Source: an uncultured Chloroflexia bacterium (lineage in GTDB: Bacteria > Chloroflexota > Dehalococcoidia > DSTF01 > JALHUB01). Taken from it: DNA of 64,000 nt. A model generated the notes under the pieces. The model was given only the letters and a program-made list of their open reading frames with translations, was not told where the DNA came from and did not search any database. The translations under genes were made by a program, and so were the position numbers. Position 1 is the first letter of the stretch. Each line of letters starts with the position of its first letter. Shown in pieces: positions 1 through 11,342 of the stretch. The stretch spans positions 1,728,001 through 1,792,000 of the forward strand of contig OY969814.1 of NCBI GenBank assembly GCA_963703345.1, written 5' to 3'.

Positions 1-365
1 AGGGCGTTCACGACGGGGACCGTCGCCGAGGCGGCGAGATCGACGAGCGTTTGCTGGGCGTAGGTGCGAGCGACGATGCCGTCTACGTAGCGACTGAGCA
101 CGCGCGCCACGTCCGCCACCGACTCGCGCTGGCCGAGGCCGACCTCGCTCTGGCCAAGGTAGATAGCCTGGCCGCCGAGCTGCTGCATCGCGACGTTGAA
201 GCTGACGTTCGTCCGCAGCGACGCCTTCTCGAACAGGAGCGCCAGGGTCTTGCCGTCGAGGAGGCGCGGATAGCCGTTGCGCTTCATCTCGACGGCGAGG
301 TCGACAATTCGGCGCAGCTCTTCGGGCGTCAGGTCAGCGATGGACAGCAGGTCGCGTCCGCGCAT
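1..365 (-). CDS. argF: Ornithine carbamoyltransferase, N-terminal part (runs off the window start)
   Basis: Not in the ORF track; manual minus-strand translation gives [24 protein letters not shown]...[14 protein letters not shown]...[25 protein letters not shown]...VPVVNAL, with the SxRT carbamoyl-phosphate motif; GATAGGAG RBS upstream. Confidence 0.9.
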   Translation of the reverse strand, partial: MRGRDLLSIADLTPEELRRIVDLAVEMKRNGYPRLLDGKTLALLFEKASLRTNVSFNVAMQQLGGQAIYLGQSEVGLGQRESVADVARVLSRYVDGIVARTYAQQTLVDLAASATVPVVNA

Positions 366-466
366 GATGGCTCCTATCTCAACCTGAGAAGTATAGCATA
401 GCGCCATTCCGGCAGACAGCGGGCGACCCGGCCTTGACCGTGAGTGGCCACAGATTGTAAGCTCGC

Positions 467-1096
467 TTGCGCGTCTCGCCTTTTCAGGGGAAAGGACTTC
501 CCGTGGTCGCCGGGCTGGAACGGAATCGCAGCGTCGTGCTCGCCGCGCTTTGCGCCGTCATCGTCGCCGGCCTCGTCATCCTCGTCCTGCAGCGGCGTAA
601 CGGACCCCGGCCCCTCGAGCTTCGCTTCGACGACCCCTCGCTCGGCGGCACGGCTATCGAGGTCTACGTTGCCGGCGCTGTCACCAATCCCGGCGTCTAC
701 ACGCTACATGACGGCGACCGCATCGCCGATGCCCTCGCGGCCGCCGGCGGCGCGACGGACCAGGCGGACGTGGCGTCGCTGAACCTGGCCGAGCGCGTCC
801 ATGACGAAGGTCAGGTGGTCGTGCGGAGTGTGGGCAGCGTCGCGGGGGCTTCCGTGACCGCGAGCGCGTCGCCCACGGCTGCGCCCCTCGTCGCCGGCGA
901 GAAGATCAACATCAACACGGCCAGCGCGGCGGAGCTAGACAAGCTGCCCGGCATAGGCACCGTCTACTCGCAGCGGATCGTCGAATCGCGACAAGCGATC
1001 GGGCCGTTCCGCAGCACGGACGAACTGGTCTCGCGAAAGCTGATACCCTCAGCAACCTACAACAAGATCAAGGACTCCATCACGGTGACGCCGTGA
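467..1096 (+). CDS. comEA: ComEA-family competence DNA-binding protein (TM + SLBB + helix-hairpin-helix); real start may be GTG 503
   Basis: [13 protein letters not shown] (SLBB), [19 protein letters not shown] (HhH); overlaps comEC start. Confidence 0.9.
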   Translation: MRVSPFQGKGLPVVAGLERNRSVVLAALCAVIVAGLVILVLQRRNGPRPLELRFDDPSLGGTAIEVYVAGAVTNPGVYTLHDGDRIADALAAAGGATDQADVASLNLAERVHDEGQVVVRSVGSVAGASVTASASPTAAPLVAGEKININTASAAELDKLPGIGTVYSQRIVESRQAIGPFRSTDELVSRKLIPSATYNKIKDSITVTP

Positions 1097-3561
1097 CGCT
1101 GGCCTATCTCGCCGCCGCCTGGTTCTTCGGGACCGTCGCTGCCGCTCTGGGTTGGGACGCGCGCTGGACGGCAGGCGCGGGAATGGCCGTCTGCGGCGTC
1201 GCCGTCGTCGCCAACCTCGTCCGCCGGCGACCGACCGGGGCGCTCCTCGTCCTCATTTGCGGCGGCCTGTTTGCCGGCGCCTTCTTCCGCTTCGATGCCG
1301 GCGGGACATCGCCGACAGATAGTGGCATCGCCGCCTTCAACGACGGCGCGGCGGTCACGTTCCAGGCCATCGCCGCGGATGACTCCGAGGAGCACGGCCG
1401 CACTATCTCGACGCGGCTGCGCGTGATGCAACTCCAGGCGGACAGCGGCGACCCGCGACCGATGAGCGGAGGCGTCCTGTTGTGGGAGCCGTCGACGTCG
1501 CCACGGCACCGCTACGGCGACGTGCTGGAGATCACGGGCAAGCTCACTTCGCCGAGCCCGCTGCCCAACTTCGACTACCCGCAATACCTGGCGCAACAGG
1601 GCATCGGCTCTGTCGCCGACTTCCCGACCGTGAAGGACATCGGCTCCAACAACGGGAACGCCGTGCTCCTGGCCGCCCATCGCCTGCGACGGGGCCTTTC
1701 GTCGGCGCTGGCGGAGGCCTTGCCGCAACCGCAGGCGGCGCTTGCGCAGGGGATTCTGCTGGGAGAGCGATCCGTGCTGCCGCAGGATCTGAAAGACGAC
1801 CTGAATGCAACCAGCACGTCGCACATCATCGCTCTTTCCGGCTACAACGTGACTCTTGTCGCCGGCTTCTGTATCGGCGCCCTCGCCTGGCTGATCGGAC
1901 GGCGACGGGCGGCGCTGCTGGCGCTCTTTGCCATCGGGGGCTATGTGCTGCTCACCGGCGTCTCGCCTAGCCTCCTGCGGGCAGCGATCATGGGCGGGCT
2001 CTACATCTTCGCGACGCTGCTGGGCCGGCCGAACAGCGGTCCGGCGCCCCTGCTGCTGGCCGGCGCGGTGATGGCGGTGCTGCAGCCGTCGGTGGTTACG
2101 GACGTGTCCTTCCAGCTCAGCTTCGCTGCGACGGCCGGTCTCATCGTGCTCGTGCCTTTGTTTCGCGAGCGGATCGTCGCCGCATCGCAGCGATTCGGCG
2201 GACTGCAGGCGCATCTCCAGCAAGGGCCTCTGAGCGCCCTGTTCGAGATCGCGGTGGTCACGGCCGCGGCTTCGTTGGCGTCGCTGCCGCTCATCGCGCT
2301 TCACTTCCAGCGAGTGTCGCTCGTCGCCCTGCCGGCGAACGTGGTCGTGCTGCCGTCGGTGCCATTCATCATGCTCAGCTCGATGCCGGTGGCGCTGGCG
2401 GGGCTCGTCTGGCAGCCGCTGGCGCACTTCCTCGGCTATTTCGCCTGGGCGGGCCTGACGTACATGACTACCAGCGTGCGACTCTTCGCGGCGCTGCCGT
2501 TCGCGTCGCTGGAGCTGAACCGCTTCAACGCCGAACAATGTGCGTTGGCGTACGGGTTGCTCGCTGCGCTAACGTGGCTGCTGAGCCGTCGACGGCCGGG
2601 AAGCGGGACTCTGCGTCGCATTCGACGTCCCCTCCAACGCGTCTTGGCGTTGCCGGCGCGTCCGCTGCGGGCCGTCCCGACAGTGTGGCTGGCCAGCGCC
2701 CTGGCGCTGCCGGCGCTACTCACCTGGACAGCCGTTTTCTCCGCGCCGAACGGACGGCTGACGGTCGAGACGCTCGACGTCGGGCAGGGCGACGCCATTC
2801 TCATCCGCACGCCGGACGGGCAGAAGCTGCTGATCGACGGCGGACCGGACGGAGCGGCCGTGGAGCGAGCGCTGGACGAAGAGCTGCCGTTTTGGGACCG
2901 CAGTCTGGACGTGGTGCTGTCCACGCACAGCGACGCCGACCACCTGACCGGCCTCATCACCGTCGTCCAGCGCTACGATGTCGGGCAGGTGATAGAAGCG
3001 CCGATTGAGACGGATACCGCGCTCGTCAACGAATGGAACAACCTGCTGAACGAGAAGGCGATTCCGCATCAGGAGGTCGAAGCGGGCGGTTGGGTCAACC
3101 TGGGACACGGCGCCCGCATTCAGGTGCTGGGCCCACCGCAGCCGCCGCTCTCAGGGACGAGCGCCGATACGAACAACAACTCGCTGGTGCTCAAGCTTAC
3201 GTGGGGGAGCGTCAGCTTCCTTCTTACGGGCGACATCCAGGGCCCCGGCGAGACGGCGCTTCTGAGCGAGCACGTTAACTTGCGGGCGACGGTGCTCAAG
3301 GTGCCGCACCACGGCTCCGCCTACTCGTCCGGGCAGGCGCTGATCGATGCCGTGCGTCCGGTTGTGTCCGTCATCTCCGTCGGCGCGGACAACCGCTTCG
3401 GCGAGCCGGCAGCTTCGACGCTTGCGCGTCTGGACGATAGCATCGTCTACCGGACGGACCAGCAGGGCGACGTCACGTTCTCGACCGACGGCGAACGGTT
3501 GTGGATCTCCAGCCAGCGGGACCCGCCGCCGCTGCCGTCGCGCTTCTCAGCAGCGAACTAG
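1093..3561 (+). CDS. comEC: ComEC/Rec2 DNA-uptake channel with metallo-beta-lactamase domain
   Basis: HIIALSGYNV, SLLRAAIMG, SFQLSF, LDVGQGDAILI, THSDADH, KVPHHGS motifs. Confidence 0.95.
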   Translation: MTLAYLAAAWFFGTVAAALGWDARWTAGAGMAVCGVAVVANLVRRRPTGALLVLICGGLFAGAFFRFDAGGTSPTDSGIAAFNDGAAVTFQAIAADDSEEHGRTISTRLRVMQLQADSGDPRPMSGGVLLWEPSTSPRHRYGDVLEITGKLTSPSPLPNFDYPQYLAQQGIGSVADFPTVKDIGSNNGNAVLLAAHRLRRGLSSALAEALPQPQAALAQGILLGERSVLPQDLKDDLNATSTSHIIALSGYNVTLVAGFCIGALAWLIGRRRAALLALFAIGGYVLLTGVSPSLLRAAIMGGLYIFATLLGRPNSGPAPLLLAGAVMAVLQPSVVTDVSFQLSFAATAGLIVLVPLFRERIVAASQRFGGLQAHLQQGPLSALFEIAVVTAAASLASLPLIALHFQRVSLVALPANVVVLPSVPFIMLSSMPVALAGLVWQPLAHFLGYFAWAGLTYMTTSVRLFAALPFASLELNRFNAEQCALAYGLLAALTWLLSRRRPGSGTLRRIRRPLQRVLALPARPLRAVPTVWLASALALPALLTWTAVFSAPNGRLTVETLDVGQGDAILIRTPDGQKLLIDGGPDGAAVERALDEELPFWDRSLDVVLSTHSDADHLTGLITVVQRYDVGQVIEAPIETDTALVNEWNNLLNEKAIPHQEVEAGGWVNLGHGARIQVLGPPQPPLSGTSADTNNNSLVLKLTWGSVSFLLTGDIQGPGETALLSEHVNLRATVLKVPHHGSAYSSGQALIDAVRPVVSVISVGADNRFGEPAASTLARLDDSIVYRTDQQGDVTFSTDGERLWISSQRDPPPLPSRFSAAN

Positions 3562-3615
3562 AGTGCTATACTCCCGTTGCCCTCCATCCCGAGTCGCTTA
3601 AGCGAAAGGAGCAGC

Positions 3616-4365
3616 ATGGAGAGACTAGACGGCCGCCGGCCTGACCAACTGCGACCGGTGCGCATCGTGCCCGGCTACCTGCCGAACGCCGAGGGCTCGG
3701 CGCTCATCGAGCAGGGAGGCACAGTCGTCCTTTGCGCCGTCAGCGTCGAGGACAGGCTGCCAGCGTTCCTGCGCGACAGAGGTGGCGGAGGCGGCTGGGT
3801 GACCGCCGAGTACGGAATGCTGCCCCGCTCCACGAACACGCGCATGGTGCGGGAAGCGACTGTCGGACGCGTCGGCGGACGAACGCATGAGATACAACGC
3901 CTGATCGGCCGGGCGCTGCGGGCGGTGACGCGGCTGGACGTACTCGGCGAGCGCACGTTCACCGTCGACTGCGATGTGATTCGGGCAGACGGCGGCACCC
4001 GCTGCGCCGCGATTACCGGCGCCTACGTCGCCCTTCGGCAGGCCTGCGAGAATATGCTGGCGCGTCGCACTCTCTCGACGATGCCGCTGCGCGACGCCCT
4101 CGCCGCCGTCAGCGTCGGCGTCGTTGGTGGCGTGGCGTTGCTCGACCTGACGTACGAGGAGGACTCGCGCGCCGAGGCCGACTTCAACGTGGCGCTCACC
4201 GCTTCGGGCGAGTTCGTCGAGGTACAGGGTTCCGCGGAGAGCGCGCCGTTCCCGCGGGCGAGGCTCGACGAGGTGCTGCGACTCGCCGGCAAGGGGATCG
4301 AGGAGCTGCTGTCGGCGCAAACGGAGGCGCTGGCGGCACTGAGCCTGCCACAGTCCGGCGAGTAG
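3616..4365 (+). CDS. rph: Ribonuclease PH
   Basis: RLDGRRPDQLRP, GWVTAEYGMLPRST, GRTHEIQRLIGRALR, ADGGTRCA; AAAGGAG RBS before ATG 3616. Confidence 0.95.
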   Translation: MERLDGRRPDQLRPVRIVPGYLPNAEGSALIEQGGTVVLCAVSVEDRLPAFLRDRGGGGGWVTAEYGMLPRSTNTRMVREATVGRVGGRTHEIQRLIGRALRAVTRLDVLGERTFTVDCDVIRADGGTRCAAITGAYVALRQACENMLARRTLSTMPLRDALAAVSVGVVGGVALLDLTYEEDSRAEADFNVALTASGEFVEVQGSAESAPFPRARLDEVLRLAGKGIEELLSAQTEALAALSLPQSGE

Positions 4366-4368
4366 GCG

Positions 4369-4692
4369 TCAGGCGTACTCTCCCAGCCGGATGCCCCCGA
4401 GCACGTGGATGTGGCCGTGCGCCTGCGTCTGAAGGGCGTCGAAGCCGAAGTTGGCCAGCAGACGGAAGCCGTTCGGACAGTGCTTCTCGCCCATCACCAT
4501 GGCCACCTCGGTTACGCGTCCCGGGTCGCGCCATAGCTCCTGCTGCGTCACGTGCCGTCGGGGCACGACGAGCAGCATCACGGGTACCCAGCGGAGCCGG
4601 TTGCGGAACACGACGACGTCATCGTCCTCGAAGACAATCTCCGCCGGCATCTTTCGGTCGATGATGTCGCAGAAAGCGCAGTTGTAGACCAT
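4369..4692 (-). CDS. HIT (histidine triad) family protein
   Basis: N-terminal CAFCDI, C-terminal HGHIHVLGG. Confidence 0.9.
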   Translation of the reverse strand: MVYNCAFCDIIDRKMPAEIVFEDDDVVVFRNRLRWVPVMLLVVPRRHVTQQELWRDPGRVTEVAMVMGEKHCPNGFRLLANFGFDALQTQAHGHIHVLGGIRLGEYA

Positions 4693-4786
4693 CAGCGGCT
4701 CCCCGGGTATGCTGGCCCTGGGTTCATTCTAGGTAGGGCCTTCGATTGCGGTCAATTCGCCCCATCGCGTCACGAACAGGAGCGAC

Positions 4787-6082
4787 GTGGCAGAAGTCCT
4801 TCCTTTTCGCGGCCTGCGCTACGCCGAAGCCGACCTCTCGGCGCTGATCTGCCCGCCATATGACGTGATATCGTCGGCGGAGCAGCGGGAGCTCTACGAA
4901 CGCAGTCCTCTGAACGTCGTGCGGCTGGAGTGCGGCGAATCGAAGCCGGACGGCGGGCCGTCGGACAATCGCTACACACGGGCGGCGGCGACGCTGCGGG
5001 AATGGCTGGACATGGGCGTTCTCCGACGCGACGAGTCGGAGTCGTTCTACGTCCACGACCAGCAGTTCGAGCACGACGGCCGGCTGCCGACGCGGCGGGG
5101 TCTGCTGGCGCGCGTCCGCCTCTACGATTGGAACGAGGGTCCGGTCCTGCCGCACGAGCACACCCTCAGGCGCCCGAAGGAAGACCGTCTGCACCTCTTG
5201 CGGGCGACGCGTCTCAACATCAGCCCCATCATGGCGCTTTTCCACGACGACGACGCGAGCGTGCGAGGGGCGGTCGAGGCGGCGGCCGGCGCGAAGACGC
5301 CTTTGGCGACGGCCAACGCGAACGGCGAGCAGCACAGTCTGCGGCGAATCTACGACGCAGGCGCTATTGAGTCGCTACGACGGCTTCTCAGTGACAAGAC
5401 CCTCTACGTCGTCGACGGCCACCACCGCTATGAGACGGCGCTGGCCTACCTGAAGGAGCAGCGCTCTAAGGCGCGCGCCTGGACGGGCGACGAACCGGAG
5501 AACTTCGCGCTGATGGCGCTCGTGGCCCGCGAAGACCGGGGTCTCCTGGTCCTACCGACCCATCGCCTGCTGAAAGATGTGCCGGTCCCAGGCGACTTCG
5601 TTGATCGGTTAAAGCGCTGCTTCGTGCTGGACGACGTCAGCGACGCTGGCGGCTGGACCGAGCTGCGATCGCTTCTCGCGGCGAGGAGCGAGGAGCGTCC
5701 GGCCTTCGCCCTGGCGATGGGCAGCCGGCGTCTGATCGCTCAGGTCCGCGATGATCGTCGCATAGCCGCCAGCATACCCGCGGATGCCTCGCCTTCCTGG
5801 CGCGCACTTGACGCGGCCGTGCTGCAGGAGATCGTGTTGCGCGGCATCCTCGGCATCGACCAGCAAAGCGCCGCCGCGGACGGATCGCTGGCATTCACGC
5901 ATGACGGCGACGAGGCGCTGCGACTCGTCGAATCGGGCGCGTACCGGCTAGCGTTCCTGCTGCGCCCGACGCCGCTGGAGCGCCTGCTCACGCTGGCGGA
6001 CGCCGGCGAGCGAATGCCACAAAAATCGACCTACTTCCTCCCCAAGCTGCCTGCGGGCCTCGTGATGAACCCCCTCGACTAG
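4787..6082 (+). CDS. DUF1015 family protein
   Basis: PFRGLRY, CPPYDVIS, VLPHEHT, VDGHHRYETA, MPQKSTYFLPKL motifs. Confidence 0.85.
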   Translation: MAEVLPFRGLRYAEADLSALICPPYDVISSAEQRELYERSPLNVVRLECGESKPDGGPSDNRYTRAAATLREWLDMGVLRRDESESFYVHDQQFEHDGRLPTRRGLLARVRLYDWNEGPVLPHEHTLRRPKEDRLHLLRATRLNISPIMALFHDDDASVRGAVEAAAGAKTPLATANANGEQHSLRRIYDAGAIESLRRLLSDKTLYVVDGHHRYETALAYLKEQRSKARAWTGDEPENFALMALVAREDRGLLVLPTHRLLKDVPVPGDFVDRLKRCFVLDDVSDAGGWTELRSLLAARSEERPAFALAMGSRRLIAQVRDDRRIAASIPADASPSWRALDAAVLQEIVLRGILGIDQQSAAADGSLAFTHDGDEALRLVESGAYRLAFLLRPTPLERLLTLADAGERMPQKSTYFLPKLPAGLVMNPLD

Positions 6083-6206
6083 GCGCGTCCCTCCGTCCTG
6101 CCGGCGGATGCGTGCAGGATTTGTGAAAGCTGCTGCGGAGCGTGGATTCCTTTCTCCCGGAGAGTGTAGAATAGGCTTATGGAAAGTGCTCCCGGGGAGG
6201 GGACGG

Positions 6207-6605
6207 ATGGCGGACCAACTCCAGCGCGAGATTGAAGACCTCCTCAACAAGCTGGACGACTTCATTCCTGAGCAGAAGGCGACGACCCGGTTGCGCAAGC
6301 GGCTCGGCGAACGGATCGGCAGTCTCGCGCGGCGGCTGGGGGCGGCTTTCTCGCGCGCGTCGCTGGGGCACTTGATGCTCGTGTCGCTCGTGCTCATATT
6401 CATTGCGTTTGCCTTCCGCTCCAGCGCCATTGGCCATTACGCTCTTTTCGCCGGGCTGGGCCTGCTGGCGCTGACCATCGTCATCTCCTTCGTGACGAAC
6501 CGGCGGGCGCCCGAAAAGCGCTGGCGGGGGCAGGTCGTCGACCTGTCGGGGCCAAGCATGGCCGACCGGCTGCAGGGCTGGTTCAAGAAGCGGCACAATC
6601 GTTGA
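6207..6605 (+). CDS. Small two-TM hypothetical membrane protein
   Basis: GGAGG-like RBS before ATG 6207; MADQLQREIEDLL..., two hydrophobic helices, C-terminal KRWRGQVVD. Confidence 0.65.
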   Translation: MADQLQREIEDLLNKLDDFIPEQKATTRLRKRLGERIGSLARRLGAAFSRASLGHLMLVSLVLIFIAFAFRSSAIGHYALFAGLGLLALTIVISFVTNRRAPEKRWRGQVVDLSGPSMADRLQGWFKKRHNR

Positions 6606-6704
6606 TTTCGCGCTTCCCGCATTATCGTCCGCCCGTCATTCCCTGCGACCTCTTGTGGCTGTGACGGCGCTGTAGTAACATCCAGCAGAGCCGGAGGCTG
6701 CCTC

Positions 6705-7379
6705 ATGAAGCTCGGGACTGCCCTCGTCTTTTTGCTGCTGCTCGCGCTGACGGCGTCGGCCTGCGGCGGCGGGAAGTCGTCCACAGCCCGCATCGATCCA
6801 GGCAAAGTGCCCACCGCCACGCTTCCGGCGAATCTGCCCGAACCGCTAATCATCAACGGCGTGCCGACGCGTGCGCCCCAGGTGAGCGGCTCGACGTACA
6901 CCGTCGTGTCCGGCGACTCGCTCTCCGCGATTGCCGACAAGCTGGGGACGACCGTCGAAGAGCTGATGGCGGCGAACGATCTGACGAGCAACGACCTCGC
7001 CGTCGGGCAGGTGCTGAAGATTCCCGCGAGCAGCAGCCCGACCAGCGAGGCGACCGCTTCGCCGACTGCAAGTCGCGCGAAGACGCCGACGCCGGGCGCG
7101 GAAACGCCGACAGAGGCACCGGCCGTGACAGCGACGCCAGGGGCGACCGCAACGAGAGCGGCAGGACAGACGGAGTACACCGTGAAGTCGGGCGATAACG
7201 CTAACGACATCGCGCTGCAGTTCGGGATCACGGTGGAGGAGCTAGCGGCGGCAAACCACACGACCGTCGAAGCCTTGCGCAGCCTGCAGGTCGGCGACGT
7301 GCTCATCATTCCCGCTGCCTCCGGCACGCCGGCGCCGGCGGAGACGCCTACGCCGCCGGAGGATACGCCCGTAGGGTAG
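6705..7379 (+). CDS. Lipoprotein with two LysM domains
   Basis: Lipobox LTASAC; YTVVSGDSLSAIA...LAVGQVLKIP and YTVKSGDNANDIA...LQVGDVLIIP; Pro/Thr linker. Confidence 0.9.
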   Translation: MKLGTALVFLLLLALTASACGGGKSSTARIDPGKVPTATLPANLPEPLIINGVPTRAPQVSGSTYTVVSGDSLSAIADKLGTTVEELMAANDLTSNDLAVGQVLKIPASSSPTSEATASPTASRAKTPTPGAETPTEAPAVTATPGATATRAAGQTEYTVKSGDNANDIALQFGITVEELAAANHTTVEALRSLQVGDVLIIPAASGTPAPAETPTPPEDTPVG

Positions 7380-7455
7380 CGATGCCCTTTGCAGCCCTCG
7401 TCGATATACAATACTGTCCTGTAGGCGAAGCCGGACTGCGTTAGGAGACGCGCGA

Positions 7456-9006
<1,551 letters not shown>

Positions 9007-9009
9007 TTG

Positions 9010-9327
9010 TTATTGTTTTCTAGAAACACGCGCTTTCCGAATCTGGGGAAGCGCGTTTTGCTTAATTGACCTGCGAATTATGCGGCGCGCCATCTCGTTG
9101 GAGGCGTCCTGAAGGGTGCCCGGACGGGCGGGCGGTCCGCCGCGTTTCCTCTGCTCAAGCATCTTGAGGAGGATGGGGCGCATAGCAGGGCTGGCAAGCA
9201 GGACCTCGGTGAGGGCGAGCAACTGTCGGGAGTGGCGCCCGGTCTTGAGGGCGTTCAGGTTGCCCTTAGGGGCACCTCTCCTACGCGAGCCTTCCGCAGC
9301 GGCGGGTCGTCTTCCTCCTTGTGGCAT
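9010..9327 (-). CDS. Small basic hypothetical protein with GAPxGNxNAxKxG motif
   Basis: GAPKGNLNALKTGRHS; basic composition. Confidence 0.55.
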   Translation of the reverse strand: MPQGGRRPAAAEGSRRRGAPKGNLNALKTGRHSRQLLALTEVLLASPAMRPILLKMLEQRKRGGPPARPGTLQDASNEMARRIIRRSIKQNALPQIRKARVSRKQ

Positions 9328-9417
9328 GGCGAGCTGATCGTAGCCGGTGAGTGGGGTTTTTCCAAGAGGGAAGTGGCACTGCTAACGCGTGGCAGCGAAA
9401 CTGGGCCGCGAACGCTC

Positions 9418-9446
9418 TTGACAGACCTCTCCCAGGCACATATGAT
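9418..9446 (+). promoter_or_regulatory. Sigma70-type promoter for the S74 surface-protein locus
   Basis: TTGACA (9418-9423), 17-nt spacer, TATGAT (9441-9446). Confidence 0.7.
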
Positions 9447-9641
9447 GCTAAAGCCCCAGCCACTGGCGTGTGGCCGCCTCCCTTGTATGTGACACGCAAG
9501 TAGGACGCTTGCGGGCCCGAGCCTCCCCCGCGGCCTCGGCGTAACAGCCGAGCCACTCGATTCCGCTTCCGTTCGCCGTATATTCGCGTCTTCGTTTCGT
9601 CGGCCGGCAATAGCAGGAGTTGGCCCAAAGGAGGTATCACC

Positions 9642-11210
9642 ATGTGGCATCCTAAGAGCGTCAGAATCATCGTTATCCCGATAGCGGCGTTGGCCGTCGG
9701 CCTCGCCCTGTGCGCGGCGACGTTAGTGATCGCCCTGGGAGTGCGCCCAGCGGCGGCAGGGCCGAACGCCAACCCGGGCGCGCCCAACCCGGGCCACGTC
9801 TGGACCGAAATCGAAGGCCACGGCATAGACTCAGCAGGCTGGTGGCTGGGCACGATCGCCAGCAATGCCCTGGAGCTGCGGGTGAACGGTGTCCGCGCCC
9901 TGCGCCTGGAACCCAACGCCACCAGCCCCAACGTCATCGGGGGCTACAGCGGGAATAGCGTTACTGCGGGCGCCTACGGGGCCACCATCAGCGGCGGCGG
10001 CTCCTCAGGCGCCGCGAATCAGGCGGAAGTCAACTACGCTACCGTCGGCGGGGGCCAGGCCAACACCGCCAGCGGTGGCTACGCCACCGTGCCTGGGGGC
10101 GTCAGCAACACGGCCGGCGGTTTCGCCGCCACCGTCGGCGGGGGCTATATCAACGCGGCCAGGAATGACTACTCCACCGTCGGCGGGGGCCATTCCAACA
10201 CGGCCAGCGGCAGCGACGCCACCATCGGCGGGGGCGCGGGCAACGGGGCCAGCGGCACCGACGCCACCATCGGCGGGGGCGATATCAACACGGCCGGAGA
10301 CGTCGCCGCCACCGTCGGCGGGGGCGAATCCAACACCGCCAACGGTGTCTTGGCCACCGTCGGCGGGGGCTATGCCAACACCGCCAGCAGCCAGGACGCC
10401 ACCGTCGGCGGGGGGCATTCCAACACGGCCAGCGGCGGGTTGGCGACCGTCGGCGGGGGCTATAGCAACATGGCCTCAGGCACCGAGGCCACCGTCGGCG
10501 GGGGCGTTAGCAACACGGCCAGCGGTAACCAGGCCACCGTGCCTGGGGGCTCGGCCAACACCGCGGCGGGAAACTACAGCTTCGCGGCGGGGTACAGAGC
10601 GCAAGCCAACCATCCGGGAGCGTTCGTCTGGGCGGATTCCACCGGCTCCTTCTTCCCGTCGTCGGCGGCTAACATGTTCCAGGTGCGCGCTTCGGGCGGC
10701 TACGGTTTCTACACCGACCCGTCCGCAACCACAGGCGTGTATTTGCTCGGTGGCAGTGGGTCCTGGTCGTCGTTCAGCAGCCGGGACGTGAAGGAGAACT
10801 TCACGCCGGTGGACGGCCAGGAGGTGCTGGCCAGCCTGGCCAACGTCCCCGTCTCTACCTGGAACTACAAGGCCCAGGACGCCTCGATCCGCCACATGGG
10901 GCCGGTAGCGCAGGACTTCTCCGCCGCCTTCGGCCTGGGCGAGAGCGACACGGGCATCAGCACCGTGGACGCCGACGGCGTGGCCATGGCGGGCATCCAG
11001 GGGCTGTACCAGCTCTCCCAGGAGCAGGCCAGCCGCATCCAGACGCTGGAGGCGCAGGTGACGGCGCTGGAAGGGGCAAACGGGACGAACAACAGCGCAT
11101 CGGCTGGACTGTTCTCCTCCGGCCTGAGCATCGGCTGGCTGCCTATCGGTGGACTGCTGCTGGCGGGCTTGGTCCTGGTACAGCGCCGCCGCGCGGGAGG
11201 CAAGCGATGA
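9642..11210 (+). CDS. Secreted Gly-rich repeat protein with Peptidase_S74 intramolecular chaperone and C-terminal TM anchor (copy 1)
   Basis: Signal peptide; 12 x 15-aa ATVGGGxxNTAxxxx repeats; FSSRDVKENF...WNYK...HMGPVAQDF S74 signature; coiled coil; TM + RRR; AAAGGAGG RBS. Confidence 0.85.
   Translation: MWHPKSVRIIVIPIAALAVGLALCAATLVIALGVRPAAAGPNANPGAPNPGHVWTEIEGHGIDSAGWWLGTIASNALELRVNGVRALRLEPNATSPNVIGGYSGNSVTAGAYGATISGGGSSGAANQAEVNYATVGGGQANTASGGYATVPGGVSNTAGGFAATVGGGYINAARNDYSTVGGGHSNTASGSDATIGGGAGNGASGTDATIGGGDINTAGDVAATVGGGESNTANGVLATVGGGYANTASSQDATVGGGHSNTASGGLATVGGGYSNMASGTEATVGGGVSNTASGNQATVPGGSANTAAGNYSFAAGYRAQANHPGAFVWADSTGSFFPSSAANMFQVRASGGYGFYTDPSATTGVYLLGGSGSWSSFSSRDVKENFTPVDGQEVLASLANVPVSTWNYKAQDASIRHMGPVAQDFSAAFGLGESDTGISTVDADGVAMAGIQGLYQLSQEQASRIQTLEAQVTALEGANGTNNSASAGLFSSGLSIGWLPIGGLLLAGLVLVQRRRAGGKR
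10038..10577 (+). repeat. Twelve 45-bp intragenic tandem repeats (core gccaccgtcggcgggggc)
   Basis: Read directly in DNA and protein. Confidence 0.85.
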
Positions 11211-11342
11211 GACGAGCAGCAGTATTCGCGGCCCTGCTCCTCGCTGTGCTGGCGGGCGCGTTCCGCCGCTTCCGTTCGCCGTATTCTCATCTTCGTTTCG
11301 TCGGCCGGCAAGAGCAGGAACTAGCACAAAGGAGGTATCACC

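Noticed and set aside
51-401. ORF-track plus-strand 116-aa protein
   Set aside because: Antisense shadow of the partial argF gene
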